A stretch of 64,000 nucleotides of DNA from Amoebidium appalachense (Eukaryota > Protista > Ichthyosporea). Under the pieces are notes generated by a model that searched no databases, was not told where the DNA came from, and was given only the letters and a program-made list of their open reading frames with translations. The position numbers and the translations under genes are program-made. Positions 40,901 through 54,905 of the stretch are shown here, piece by piece (position 1 is the stretch's first letter; each line of letters opens with the position of its first letter). Location of the stretch: NCBI GenBank assembly GCA_963693365.1, contig CAVNZM010000017.1, positions 2,657,527-2,721,526 on the forward strand, in the 5' to 3' direction.

Positions 40901-41280
40901 GAGAGAAATATAATTATGTGAAAGGAAACAAGAGAAGAAAGAAAGAGAAAAGAAAGAAGAAGAAAGAGGAAAATGAAAAGAAAGCAGGACAGAAAACACG
41001 AACATGAAAGCACAGTTATAACCGAAGATATTCATGTACACATAACATGTACACGTTTCTCCCTCACTGGGTAGACTCGTGTACCTATAATCAGTTGCTG
41101 TAATCGATATCTAAACACACGAATATAGCCGACACAACACGATTACAAGTACTCAAATACACTGGAGATCGATGTCATAATTTACGTACAAGGAGCACAT
41201 CTCTTTCACTAAGTAAATGAATGAAAACATAACACGAACTGAGAAGATCTTACAATATGTAAATACTACGTATTACAACA
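34958..41280 (-). mobile_element. Ty1/Copia LTR retrotransposon (Copia-2) with truncated 3' LTR
   Basis: 5' LTR 41280-40347 (TGTTG...TTAACA) followed by PBS-like GGTTATGCAGCCC; PPT AAGTGGGGA next to 35451; only 35451-34958 of the 3' LTR remains (matches 41280-40787); no TSD. Confidence 0.92.
35872..40284 (-). CDS. Copia-2 gag-pol polyprotein with frameshifts at ~39180 and ~37720
   Basis: Gag MDPNKTG... with CSYCHEPDHTIIDC; PR WDSGC; WHHRLGH..CHGC; integrase FDSGSEF and QLNGYVER; RT KARGVAQG, YGLKQAS, YVDD; RH YTDAD, STTEAE, KHIAVRY. Confidence 0.93.
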
Positions 41281-42307
41281 TATATTTATATATAAGTCGT
41301 CCTTATCCTGGTGATATGAGATGCCATGACCTGAGAGATAATTCAGAATATTGTATTATTCTTATCAGTGCCAAGCTTCGTCATCTTCTTCTTAGAATAT
41401 TCCTGATTCTTCTTAGTGTAACTTTTAGTGTAACCTTCTTGCACGTTGGTGCGTACTCAATTTCTATTGGCTATCGTAATCTATGCCCCGAGTATATAAA
41501 TCGCCACATGCATTCAGTCATTCAGTCCAGTCCAGTCAACTTGATCAGTCAGTCCGAGTCACAGCCAGCCAAGTTCCTCTACCCCCATGGCCAAGTACAG
41601 CAGCTTCAAGACGTCACTGCAAGGCTTCAAGGAGAAGTGTCTTCAACATGCAACAGCGAGACTCTGGCTATGACTATAACACTGTGACTGTACACTTCTA
41701 CATGTTAGACTACAGTACTCTATTCTTTTCTTTCGTTCTCACAAGTTATAATTCGAATTTACATGCATAGATAAATCGAATATAAATAGATATACTCTCA
41801 CTTCTGGTCATGAAATACAGCTAAGGAAAAATGGGTATAAGAGTTCACACTCTTATCCAGCCACGTTGATAGAGTGTATTGCGCACACTCACGCGGCTAG
41901 CCTTTCCTAGATAGCTGAATAAACGTTCCAAGTAAGGCTAATAACTAACTAATAATTGCTCGCCCTTGCTTCTGCTTCTTTGCATATCTGCATGTTTACT
42001 AGGTGCCACACATAACACAAACACGTACATTTTAACCTCTTGACGCGCATGAGAACATACACAGCACACACAAATATGTGGTTATACTATGCCCAGCACT
42101 CTTATCACACGCTTCCACAAACACGCTTCCACACACCTCCCATAAACAGTAGCACAAAACATAACCACGTGCCAGTGTAGCCATGTGCGTGAGCAGTGGG
42201 CTCTAGCCATAAGACAGACAAAGGGCCCCGCCTTTAGGACGGCCGGGTGTGTGTGTGTGTACATGTATGTGTGTGTGTGTGCCTGTGTGTGTGTTTGCGT
42301 GCGTGTG

Positions 42308-42424
<117 letters not shown>

Positions 42425-43311
42425 CAGTGTGTGTGTGTACATGTGTGTGTGTGTAACAGTGTGTTGTCACACACAGTTAACAGTAACAGTGTGTGTGTGT
42501 GTGTTCGGTGGTTACTGCCAGTGTCACGGTTGGGTGATGGCAGTAGCGTGTGTGTGTGGTCAGGCGGATGTTGTTGTTATTAGAGAGAGGGAGGGAGGAG
42601 GAGGGGAGGGGAGGGGGGGGGGGGGGAGGGGGGGGGAGGGGGGGGAAAAACGTATGCACATACTCAGCCAGGCGAGCGGCATGTTTTGCTGTTTCTTTCC
42701 CATGTATTAAATGGTGAACAAGTGTCCAAATTTGTAGAATTTGCCATAATAAATGGTCGGACATGCAGGTTTGCGTACACTTGCAATCTCACGTTCAAAC
42801 GGAATTTTTATTCAATGATACGGTAACTCAGCTTGAAGCTCCTTCTAAATGTCTAAACAAAGTTTAACATAGTGTTCCGAAAAATAACTGTGATACTGGT
42901 ACACTCTGATCTTAGCACTCACAAGAATATATTTACAGTAGTAGAAGACCACGAAATTTGAACTATTAAGTGTCTTACACTTGAAATTACAACAGTCCCT
43001 CTAACGGTTAACTTGGGTATCATAGGCAATCCCCCCCCCCCCCCCCCTCCCGAGCCCTCCCCTCCATCAGCAATCTCCCCCCCCCCTCGTAACCCCACCG
43101 AAGACCTCGTCGATGGGTTGGCACTGGTTTAGGACTGTCTAATGGATGGGTTTACGCTATATGAAGGAAAAACCTCCAAACCCGTCGACGACGTCGTAGA
43201 CCGTCGGCGGAGTGGTTTACGACCCCTTTAGGGATGACCGACAGTATTGGGACAGCCCAATGTATAACCCTAACCACACCTATGGATGGGTTTACAGCAA
43301 CCACAACTTTC

Positions 43312-45292
43312 GTGGTACTCCTAACCCCATACATTGGATGTACACTGGATGTCGTGCACTCCTCCGGATTACGACATCATAAGATGGTCTTGCTGCACCC
43401 CCTCGAAAGACTGTCTTACGACGTCGGAAATAACTGTCGAATGGATGGGTTTACAATATCCATACGAATGTCCTCGACAACCATTAGTTGTCGTAAACCC
43501 CACCTGTGTACGACATCGTAACATGCTCTTACGACACCCCACGTGAGACTGTCGCTAGACGTCTGAAACCCCGCCGTATGGATTGGTTTACAGTATCCAT
43601 TTGAAGGTCCACGATACACTGTGTATGTCGTAAACACCTGCACATTACGACATCGTAAGATGATATTATGGTGGTACTCCTAACCCCATACATTGGATGT
43701 ACACTGGATGTCGTGCACACCTCCGGATTACGACATCATAAGATGGTCTTGCTGCACCCCTCTCGGAAGACAGTCCTACGACGTTGGAAATAACTGTCGT
43801 ATGGATGGGTTTAAAATATCCATATGAATGTCCTCGACAACCATTAGTTGTCGTAAACCCCACCTGAGTCAGACATCGTAACATGCTCTTACGACACCCC
43901 ACGTGAGACTGTCACTAGACGTCTGAAACCCCGCCGGATGGATTGGTTTACAGTATCCATTTGAAGGTCCACGACAGGCTGTGTATGTCGTAAACACCTG
44001 CACATTACGACATCGTAAGATGATATTATGGTGGTACTCCTAACCCCATACATTGGATGTACACTGGATGTCGTGCACTCCTCCGGATTACGACATCATA
44101 AGATGGTCTTGCTGCACCCCCTCGGAAGACTGTCTTACGACGTCGGAAATAACTGTCGAATGGATGGGTTTACAATATCCATATGAATGTCCTCGACAAC
44201 CATTAGTTGTCGTAAACCCCACCTGTGTACGACATCGTAACATGCTCTTACGACACCCCACGTGAGACTGTCACTAGACGTCTGAAACCCCGCCGGATGG
44301 ATTGGTTTACAGTATCCATATGAAGGCCCACGATACACTGTGTATGTCGTAAAGACCTGCACATTACGACATCGTAAGATGATATTATGGTGGTACTCCT
44401 AACCCCATACATTGGATGTACACTGGATGTCGTGCACACCTCCGGATTACGACATCATAAGATGGTCTTGCTGCACCCCCTCGAAAGACTGTCTTACGAC
44501 GTCGGAAATAACTGTCGAATGGATGGGTTTACAATATCCATATGAATGTCCTCGACAACCATTAGTTGTCGTAAACCCCACCTGTGTACGACATCGTAAC
44601 ATGCTCTTACGACACCCCACGTGAGACTGTCAATAGACGTCTGAAACCCCGCCGGATGGATTGGTTTACAGTATCCATATGAAGGCCCACGATACACTGT
44701 GTATGTCGTAAAGACCTGCACATTACGACATCGTAAGATGATATTATGGTGGTACTCCTAACCCCATACATTGGATGTACACTGGATGTCGTGCACACCT
44801 CCGGATTACGACATCATAAGATGGTCTTGCTGCACCCCCTCGAAAGACTGTCTTACGACGTCGGAAATAACTGTCGAATGGATGGGTTTACAATATCCAT
44901 ATGAATGTCCTCGACAACCATTAGTTGTCGTAAACCCCACCTGAGTACGACATCGTAACATGCTCTTACGACACCCCACGTGAGACTGTCAATAGACGTC
45001 TGAAACCCCGCCGGATGGATTGGTTTACAGTATCCATTTGAAGGTCCACGATACACTGTGTATGTCGTAAACACCTGCACATTACGACATCGTAAGATGA
45101 TATTATGGTGGTACTCCTAACCCCATACATTGGATGTACACTGTATGTCGTGCACACCTCCGGATTACGACATCATAAGATGGTCTTGCTGCACCCCCTC
45201 GGAAGACTGTCTTAAGACATCGGAAACAACTGTCGAATGGATGGGTTTACAATATCCATATGAGTGTCCTCGACAACCATTAGTTGTCGTAA
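43312..45292. repeat. 359-bp tandem repeat, ~5.5 copies
   Basis: Unit start GTGGTACTCCTAACCCCATAC at 43312, 43671, 44031, 44390, 44749 and 45108. Confidence 0.97.
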
Positions 45293-45899
45293 AGACGTCT
45301 GAAAACCCCGCCTGATGGATGGGTTTACCGTATCGATAGGAAGGTCATGGCAGGCCATGTTGAAATCATATAAATTAGCACTGGTAGTAAAAAACCAAGC
45401 TGTGTACATTTTAATTGAGCATCTGGAGGGGCTGCTGTATAGCTATATGATACCGGGCCACTATCATTAGGCAGGTATGTGTAATATAGATGTTAATAAT
45501 TTTCTTGTAAAATTGTAAATAATAACTGGTGGCACGGCCTTCTGGATACATATAACAATGGATGTTTTATGGGGGTTTCGTGGGAATGCTGGCATACTTG
45601 AGAGAGAATACATAAGAGAACGAATAGGATGCTGATTCGGAGGGGGTACAAGAACTAGCAGAGTTTGTGGGTGCCTGGAACGGCAGGGGATTATAGTAGT
45701 GGGATAATTATATTGCGGAAAGCTGAACAGTGTAGCGTATAGACGGCGGTGAACATGCCGGTATGAAGTCCATATGCGTGTACATGTATTAAAAGTAAAT
45801 CAAGAGCGGTGCCAAAAGAACTTATTTAATAAACAAAAAAAACAAAACTGAAGATAATCTGATAGAAAACACCTGACATTTACAAACCATGCACTCAAT

Positions 45900-46248
45900 T
45901 CAAGAGTTACGACCCATGTGCACGTATTTGTTAACGAGGAACTCCTTCCTCCCCCCTACAGGGACCTTCACCGGGATGCAGTGGAAAATCCCCAATATAG
46001 ACTCGACGTCAATAACGTCGTACCTCGGTCTTCGCTGCGCATTCGCACCAACCATCTCCCATGTCAGTCGGGGACAACGTGTGTGTTCGTCCAGATGTCT
46101 GCGCTCTGTGTAGTATCGAACGAAGGCACGATTCAGAAGCTTGTCCCCATGCTCTGAAGTGCAGGTGAAGAGAAGCACCACCTTTGCGTAGAAATGCACC
46201 TCATCGCCGTCCTCGTCTTCCCCCGCACCAATAATGACGTCATCGTAC
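45900..46248 (-). CDS. Terminal exon of a Plavaka/CMC-like transposase (C-terminal domain only)
   Basis: RYDDVII..YAKVVLLF..RAFVRYY..D..T.CPRL..YDVIDVESIL..HCIP..FLVNKY resembles the C-terminal pattern of Plavaka/EnSpm-type transposases; tag acceptor at 46249-46251; catalytic core not found. Confidence 0.65.
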
Positions 46249-46306
46249 CTATCCCGAGCACACAAACCCAAACCAAATATATATATATATAAATTCTCCA
46301 TGTTTC

Positions 46307-47461
46307 TAGCGCATTTTGCCTAATATGGACGTACAACGGTTAATGACTTTCCCCACAGAAATGGGGAGACAGTCCGACCGGTTTTGTTAGACCCCCCACA
46401 CAGAGACACTGCCTAATGCAAATTTTGGTTGTGCTCCCATCAATCCCCTGCACGTTATTAACTGTTGAATCCCCCCCTTTTCCCTATGTATTATAGCGCA
46501 TTTTGCCTAATATGGACGTACAACGGTTAGTAACTTTCCCCACAGAAATGGGGAGACAGTCCGACCGGTTTTGTTAGAACCCCCACACAGAGACACTGCC
46601 TAATGCAAAGTTTGGTTGTCCTCCCATCAATCCCCTGCACGTTATTAACTGTTGAATCCCTCCCTTTTCCCTATGTATTATAGCGCATTTTGCCTAATAT
46701 GGACGTACAACGGTTAATAACTTTCCCCACAGAAATGGGGAGACAGTCCGACCGGTTTTTTTAGACCCCCCACACAGAGACACTGCCTAATGCAAAGTTT
46801 GGTTGTCCTCCCATCAATCCCCTGCACGTTATTAACTGTTGAATCCCCCCCTTTTCCCTATGTATTATAGCGCATTTTGCCTAATATGGACGTACAACGG
46901 TTAATAACTTTCCCCACAGAAATGGGGAGACAGTCCGGCCGGTTTTGTTAGACCCCCCACACAGAGACACTGCCCTAAAATGCAAAGTTTGGTTGTGCTC
47001 CCATCAAACCCCTGCACGTTATTAATCGTCGAATCCCCCCCTTTTCCACACGTATTATAGCGCATTTTGCCTAATATGGACGTACAACGGTTAATAACTT
47101 TCCCCACAGAAATGGGGAGACAGTCCGACCGGTTTTGTTAGCCCCCCACACAGAGACACTGCCCTAAAATGCAAAGTTTGGCTGTGCTCCCATCAAACCC
47201 CTGCACGTTATTAATCGTTGAATCCCCCCCTTTTCCCCACGTATTATAGCGCATTTTGCCTAATATGGACGTACAACGGTTAATAACTTTCCCCACAGAA
47301 ATGGGGAGACAGTCCGACCGGTTTTGTTAGCCCCCCACACAGAGACACTGCCCTAAAATGCAAAGTTTGGTTGTGCTCCCATCAAACCCCTGCACGTTAT
47401 TAACTGTTGAACCCCCCCCTTTTCCCCACGTATTATAGCGCATTTTGCCTAATATGGACGT
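46307..47461. repeat. 187-190-bp tandem repeat, ~6 copies
   Basis: TAGCGCATTTTGCCTAATATGGACG at 46307, 46494, 46681, 46868, 47058, 47247 and 47436. Confidence 0.97.
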
Positions 47462-47511
47462 GCGGGGGGGGGGGGGGTCGTAGTGGGAAGGAGGGAAGAC
47501 AGGGGGGGGGT

Positions 47512-47557
<46 letters not shown>

Positions 47558-47701
47558 CGGCAGACACGTACGTTCTGTAACGCTCCTTCATCTCGTTGAG
47601 TGAGTCCTTTTTTATAATGTATTTCCGTTCATATATTTACACATAATCGCCACATGCATTTACCGGTGCGCCATGATAAACACATGGCCGGCTTATCATT
47701 G

Positions 47702-47741
<40 letters not shown>

Positions 47742-47867
47742 CACACACAGCATTCGATACCGTCCAACCTTGCTCTTCCCAAGGCATCCACATGCTCGCA
47801 CACAATGCAGAAACATGCACTCACACACACGCACGCACACTGGCACACCGGGACACACACACACACC

Positions 47868-47939
<72 letters not shown>

Positions 47940-48530
47940 ACACACACACAAACACACAACACACACACACACACATACAGAGAGACACACACACATATGC
48001 ACACACACGGTGCATTTCCTCCCCTCCCATTCCCTCTCCACAGAGCACACACACACACACACGTGCACACATGCACACACATGGTGCATCCCCCCTCTCC
48101 CCCCCTGCCCTTTCAACTGAGCACATACACACACACAGACATGCACACACACACAACATACACAGACATCCACACATCAGACACAGACACGCATACACAC
48201 ACACACACAGGCACACACACACACATGCACATATGCACACACAGACACACACACATGCACATGCACACTCACATATGCACACACACACACACACGCAAAC
48301 ACACACACACACACACACATACAGATATGCACACACACACACTGTCTCTCTCTCTTTTCTCCCTCCCTCCCACCCTCCCTCCCCCCTCCCCCCCTCCCTC
48401 CCTCCCTCCCAACCATCCCTCCCTCCCTCCCTCCGTCCCTCCCTCCGTCCCTCCCTCCCCCCTCCCTCCCTCCCTCCCAACCATCCCTCCCTCCCTCCCC
48501 CCGTCCCTCCCTCCCTCCGTCCCTCCCTCC

Positions 48531-48572
<42 letters not shown>

Positions 48573-48609
48573 CACACACACACATGCACATGCACATGCA
48601 CATGCACCC

Positions 48610-51090
48610 CTTGTAGCATAGAACCCCCCTTGTAGCATAGTATATGTACATATGTTACCTAGACATTATTGGGTTTTCAATAACTACCCACAGAACAGCC
48701 TCTAGCACGAGACATTTACCACAAAGTTTATGGGGGGGATGGTAAATGTGCCCCTGGAGTACGAGGGTCACACGAAAAAAACACAACGTTGTAGCTCGTA
48801 TAGAACCCCCCTTGTAGCATAGTATATGTCCATGTGTTACCTCAGTAGGCATTTTTGGTTTTTTCAATAACTACCAACAGAACAGCCTCTAGCACGAGAA
48901 ATTTACCACAACGTTTATGGGGGGGATGGGGAATGTGCCCCTGGAGTACGAGGGTCACACAAAAAAAAACACAACGTTGTAGCTCGTATAGAACCCCCCT
49001 TAAAGCATAGAATATGTACATATGTTACCTAGACATTATTGGTTTTTCAATAACTACCCACAGAATAGCCTCTAGCACGAGAAATTTACCACAAAGTTTG
49101 TGGGGGGGATGGTGAATGTGCCCCTGGAGTACGAGGGTCACACGAAAAAAACACAAAGTTGTAGCTCGTATAGAACCCCCCTTGTAGCATAGTATATGTC
49201 CATGTGTTACCTAGACATTTTTGGTTTTTTCAATAACTACCCACAGAACAGCTTCTAGCACGAGAAATTTACCACACAGTTTATGGGGGGGATGGGGAAT
49301 GTGCCCCCCTGGAGTACGAGGGTCACACGAAAAAAACACAACGTTGTAGCTCGAATAGAACCCCCCTTGTAGCATAGTATATGTACATGTGTTGCTTACA
49401 CATTATTGGTTTTTTCAATAACTACCCACAGAACAGCTTCTAGCACGAGAAATTTACCACACAGTTTATGGGGGGGATGGGGAATGTGCCCCTGGAGTAC
49501 GAGGGTCACACGAAAAAAACACAACGTTGTAGCTCGAATAGAACCCCCCTTGTAGCATAGTATATGTACATGCGTTGCTTACGCATTATTGGTTTTTTCA
49601 ATAACTACCCACAGAACAGCTTCTAGCACGAGAAAGTTACCACACAGTGTATGGGGGGGATGGGGAATGTGCCCCTGGAGTACGAGGGTCACACGAAAAA
49701 AACACAACGTTGTAGCTCGAATAGAACCCCCCTTGTAGCATAGTATATGTACATGCGTTGCTTACACATTATTGGTTTTTTCAATAACTACCCACAGAAC
49801 AGCTTCTAGCACGAGAAAGTTACCACACAGTTTATGGGGGGGATGGGGAATGTGCCCCTGGAGTGCGAGGGTCACACGAAAAAAACACAACGTTGTAGCT
49901 CGAATAGAACCCCCCTCGTAGCATAGTATATGTACATGTGTTGCTTACACATTAAGTTGGTTTTTTCAATAACTACCCACAGAACAGCTTCTAGCACGAG
50001 AAATTTACCACACAGTTTATGGGGGGGATGGGGAATGTGCCCCTGGAGTACGAGGGTCACACAAAAAAAAACACAACGTTGTAGCTCGTATAGAACCCCC
50101 CTTAAAGCATAGAATATGTACATATGTTACCTAGACATTATTGGTTTTTCAATAACTACCCACAGAATAGCCTCTAGCACGAGAAATTTACCACAAAGTT
50201 TGTGGGGGGGATGGTGAATGTGCCCCTGGAGTACGAGGGTCACACGAAAAAAAAAACAAAGTTGTAGCTCGTATAGAACCCCCCTTGTAGCATAGTATAT
50301 GTCCATGTGTTACCTAGACATTTTTGGTTTTTTCAATAACTACCCACAGAACAGCTTCTAGCACGAGAAATTTACCACACAGTTTATGGGGGGGATGGGG
50401 AATGTGCCCCCCTGGAGTACGAGGGTCACACGAAAAAAACACAACGTTGTAGCTCGAATAGAACCCCCCTTGTAGCATAGTATATGTACATGTGTTGCTT
50501 ACACATTATTGGTTTTTTCAATAACTACCCACAGAACAGCTTCTAGCACGAGAAATTTACCACACAGTTTATGGGGGGGATGGGGAATGTGCCCCTGGAG
50601 TACGAGGGTCACACGAAAAAAACACAACGTTGTAGCTCGAATAGAACCCCCCTTGTAGCATAGTATATGTACATGCGTTGCTTACACATTATTGGTTTTT
50701 TCAATAACTACCCACAGAACAGCTTCTAGCACGAGAAAGTTACCACACAGTTTATGGGGGGGATGGGGAATGTGCCCCTGGAGTGCGAGGGTCACACGAA
50801 AAAAACACAACGTTGTAGCTCGTATAGAACCCCCCTTGTAGCATAGTATATGTACATAATATGTTACTTGCACATTATTGGTTTTTTCAATAACTACCCA
50901 CAGAACAGCTTCTGGAACGAGAAATTTACCACAAAGTTTATGGGGGGGATGGTGAGTGTGCCTCTGGAGTACGAGGGTCACCCGAAAAAAACACAACATT
51001 GTAGCCCGGATTGAAACCCCCTTTGTACCATGTACATCATATATCATGCAGCATGTGTTACTTTCGCGTTATTGGTTTCCTAGCACGAGA
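48610..51090. repeat. ~183-bp tandem repeat, ~13 copies
   Basis: TAGAACCCCCCTTGTAGCATAG recurs about every 182-187 bp from 48619 to ~51010. Confidence 0.97.
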
Positions 51091-51170
51091 TATTCAGCAC
51101 ACAGTTGGGGTTGTGGGGGCAGTGTACACCTACAATATCAGGGGTACCTCGTGGCAAAAACACCCCCCCA

Positions 51171-51226
<56 letters not shown>

Positions 51227-51636
51227 GGGGGGGGGGGGTCACGCGTGCGATGGTGCACTAGTTATTACGTCAACTAGGCAGGGTATAGCATCAACGTTAT
51301 TATATGTGCTGCTGAGTTTCTTTGGTTGTACACCCGTCACCGTCAATTTATTGGTGTTGGCGCCCACCTATGACACCACCTCGGAAGACTGGGGTCACGT
51401 GGAGGACACGTAACTAAAGTCTGATAGTTGTGACTAAGGGCACCGCTAAGGGCACCAAGCTGATGCACGCGCGCGCGCGAGCCGAAATCTATTTTTATCT
51501 TTTCCCTAATCAGGCGCGGCGGTTACTAAACCGAACTATAGCAAATAGCAAATAGTGATTGGCTAAACCCAATCCGGTTTGCAATTTTTTGTCCGTTTAA
51601 GCCTGTACGCACGTTGTTTGCTCCATTTCTTTTCCC

Positions 51637-51725
51637 CCTTCCCGCAGGTCCGCAGTTCCGCAGGTCCCTTCCCGCAGGTCGCCTGGTCGCAGTTCCCTTC
51701 CCGCAGGTCGCCTGGTCACAGGTCC
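51637..51725. promoter_or_regulatory. Cluster of CCCTTCCCGCAGGTC direct repeats, candidate promoter or binding sites between divergent transposon genes
   Basis: The CGCAGGTC core occurs four times in 90 bp, upstream of the + strand exons. Function is inferred. Confidence 0.3.
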
Positions 51726-52364
51726 CCTGCGCAGCCACCGTGCTGCATGGTTTCGACCATGCTGCATGCTGAACACGGCCATCTGGTGTTTCTAGATGGC
51801 CGTGATGCTGAAGCATCTTCGCCTAACGGCTGAAAGGCCGTTTGAAGGTTAGTTTTGTGTTGCCTGCTTTTGTGCATATGGCGTTTGTCTGTCTGGTCTG
51901 TGTCCGTGCCTGTGATTATATCTGTGTCTGTGCCTGTGTCTGTGTGCGTGTGTGTTTATGTGTGTGTGTGTGCGTGCGTGTGCGTGTGTTCTGCTGGCTG
52001 CAGATGCACGTTGCCTTTTCACGTTCATGAACCAGCGACTGTGGGCACTACTTTTCCTGTTAGCACTATAGCTATCATCCCCTCCACCAGTCGTTCAATC
52101 TATTTTCTGCTTCTCTAGACTTCATAAGTTTGTGCTTTTGTCTTTCAGCACAACGTACGCGTGTTTCACATGTTAGCATTTAGTGTTATTCATTCATTCT
52201 AACCCCCCCCCCCCCCCCCCCAAACACACACACACACTCATTCACTCACTTCCCCACCCACACATACAAAAAAACACACACACCAAAAGCCCCTCCCATC
52301 CCCCCCCTCCCCCCTCCCCCCCCTTCCAAAAAACTGTCAAATGCCTCCATGCCCACCAACACAG

Positions 52365-52784
52365 ATGTTCCAGGTTGCCCCTGTCAATGCCGCCGACCCC
52401 GACAAGTTGGCAGACCAGGTTAGGTGCCGCAAGAAGACGTGGGAGGGGTGGTTGGTGGAGGTTCAAGTTGAGTGCAACAACCATCCCTGTGGCCACATGT
52501 ACAGCGTCGATTCGGTGAGGGGCAACCCATGGGGCAACTCCGCCCTTCACCGCATCATGTGCATGTCCCCCATCAACGGCTCCTACATCAAGAACCGCCT
52601 CAGCAGCTTCAAGACACTAAACGTTTGTGCCCATTCCCCCCCCCCCCCCCCCTCCCCCCCCACACACACACACACACCACACCCCAATCAAAGACGAAGT
52701 CTTCTCATGCTGCTTTTTTTAACATGCTTATTCATGTTTAATGTTGTTGTTCTTCCTTATTGGTTCATTCTTAATGCACTGTGA

Positions 52785-52817
<33 letters not shown>

Positions 52818-53268
52818 ACTCCCACTCCCTCCCTCCCACCTCCCCCTGTTGTCCCACGTACGAATCACCAACACATAACCACACAAGACATCAAATCCTT
52901 ATCACTCAGAGAAACGGTACATGCATGGTTATCCAGTATCCATTCAGCTTCCCACTTCCTCAAGTCATTTCAGATTTTTCATTGTCGAATTCGGTTTTAT
53001 TTGCTGCTAATGGAGAATACCCCCTTTCCTCATCACCACATACACACATGCTTACGTGTACGTACACGCAACACACACACCAACACCCACACAGGAGTTT
53101 CAAAAGGCGTTGCCCGAGCTCTTCAGCTTCATGCTCCACACATTTGAGTGCGGACTGCGGGATCCAATGGCCCACAAGTCTGCCACTCAGATTTCGTGGT
53201 CAGCTGTGAAGTATGGAGCTGACATGCCTGACTACGAGGGTGGTGCTCGGCCATCAGAGATCAGCAAG
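52365..53268 (+). CDS. Two spliced exons of an unknown protein inside the DNA transposon (accessory or captured gene, partial)
   Basis: cag|52365-52622|gt and cag|53095-53268|gt, both phase 0 and GC3-rich: MFQVAPVNAADPDKLADQVRC...FKTLN / EFQKALPELFSFML...SEISK. Confidence 0.65.
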
Positions 53269-53278
53269 GTAAACAACT

Positions 53279-53310
<32 letters not shown>

Positions 53311-54740
53311 TTGCGTCCTCCCTGAGGATGTGCTCTGCTTATGACGCATACTGTGCACATGGCTGATGTTGCGTGCTTGAATGTTTGCCTTTGCATGTGT
53401 CCTGCACCATGCTTCTCATCGTGTATGCGTATTTCGTACCGTATTCTGCATTCAACCCCCCCCCCCCCCCCCATCATTGTGTTTTAGCTCCCGTCCGAAA
53501 GACAACGTATGGATATCGAAATGATGATATTGATAAGTCGTATGTATGAACATGTTTATGGGTTACGTATCATCGTAGTGTTTTAGGATATCTCCTAAGC
53601 ATGGGCAAGTATCATCCTATCATGTCATCTTTAGGTTTGGTATGGTAACATTGTGATAGCATTTTTCCCAGGTACATACATGCTCAGGCTAGCCAGAAAA
53701 GTTAAAAACACTCACACAATCTCCTTCTGTCCCAACCCAGTATGCAAAGACCTGGGAAAAGATCTGCAAGGTCCGGGAGAAGGCAGTCCTCAGCCTGTCA
53801 GCAGAAAGGCGATGTGGGTGGGAGGGTTGAGGATGATTAGAATGAGGAGGAATAGGGAAAGACCCCCCCCCCCCCCCCCGGGAGGAAAAAAAAAAGAATT
53901 AATACTTAGTTTATGTCTCTTTTGGTGTAGTCCCGGCCTCTGCAGGGGGGAGATAGGGGGGAGATGTAGACTTCGTATTTTATTTGTGTGATGATGTTTG
54001 TTTTGTTTTGTTTGTTTGTTTGTTGGTTTGTTTAGTTTGTTCGGTGAAAGCTGGACTCCTGTGGAGTCTAACAGAGTGAAATTGTCTCTACTCCTGTGGA
54101 GTGAGACTTAGAAATTTTTAAACATGAACAACTTGTGCGGTCTCTGCTCCAGTGGAGCGAGACATAAAGGAACAACAGTCTTAATGGTATCTCGTGTACA
54201 AATTGTGAAAAAGTTAGAAAGGTAAGAAGGAAGGGGGGGGGGGGGAGGGAGGGAGGGGGGGGCACAACGGTGGTGGTTACTTTTCGTATTATGATATTAC
54301 GACAGCTCGTAATCGTATATTACGATATTCCGTAATATTGTATTTAGTTAGTCATGGTATACTCGTAACATATTATTTGGCTATGCATAGGATATCTTAT
54401 GGATGGGCAAAGAGCTGTCGTAATGATGTATACACGACATGCTATGTATATACATACGAGTGGTGTTCGGGCTCTTATGGAAATGTCTACGACGGTATTA
54501 TGGGGGTCGTAATGTACCCCAGGACCAGCCATATGTATATGGTTGGTAATTCGTAAAATACATCGATGTATATCATATGTCATGGGTTACGATGGTATTA
54601 AGCCGCTCCTAAACATATACTTAAGATATCCAACGGGATGGGTTTGGATACTCGGATGGTGAAGATTACGATGGGTTTCCGACCCCTCGTAACGCTCTCG
54701 TATGTATGTTCTATGTATAGTCGTATGTATATACATAGGT

Positions 54741-54905
54741 TATACATTGGATATACATAGGTTATCCTATGTATAGTGCAATGTATATACATTGGATATC
54801 TTATGTACAGTGCAATGTATATACATTGGATATCCTATGCATAGTGCAATGTATATACATTGGATATCCTATGTATAGTGCAATGTATATACATCGGATA
54901 TACAT
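54741..54905. repeat. 34-bp tandem repeat (~4 copies) in the right subterminal region
   Basis: Unit TATACATTGGATATCCTATGTATAGTGCAATGTA. Confidence 0.9.

Noticed and set aside
43312-51090. CRISPR-like arrays and the repeated small ORFs within them
   Set aside because: Units are contiguous near-identical repeats with no unique spacers and no cas genes; the ORFs are by-products of the repeats.
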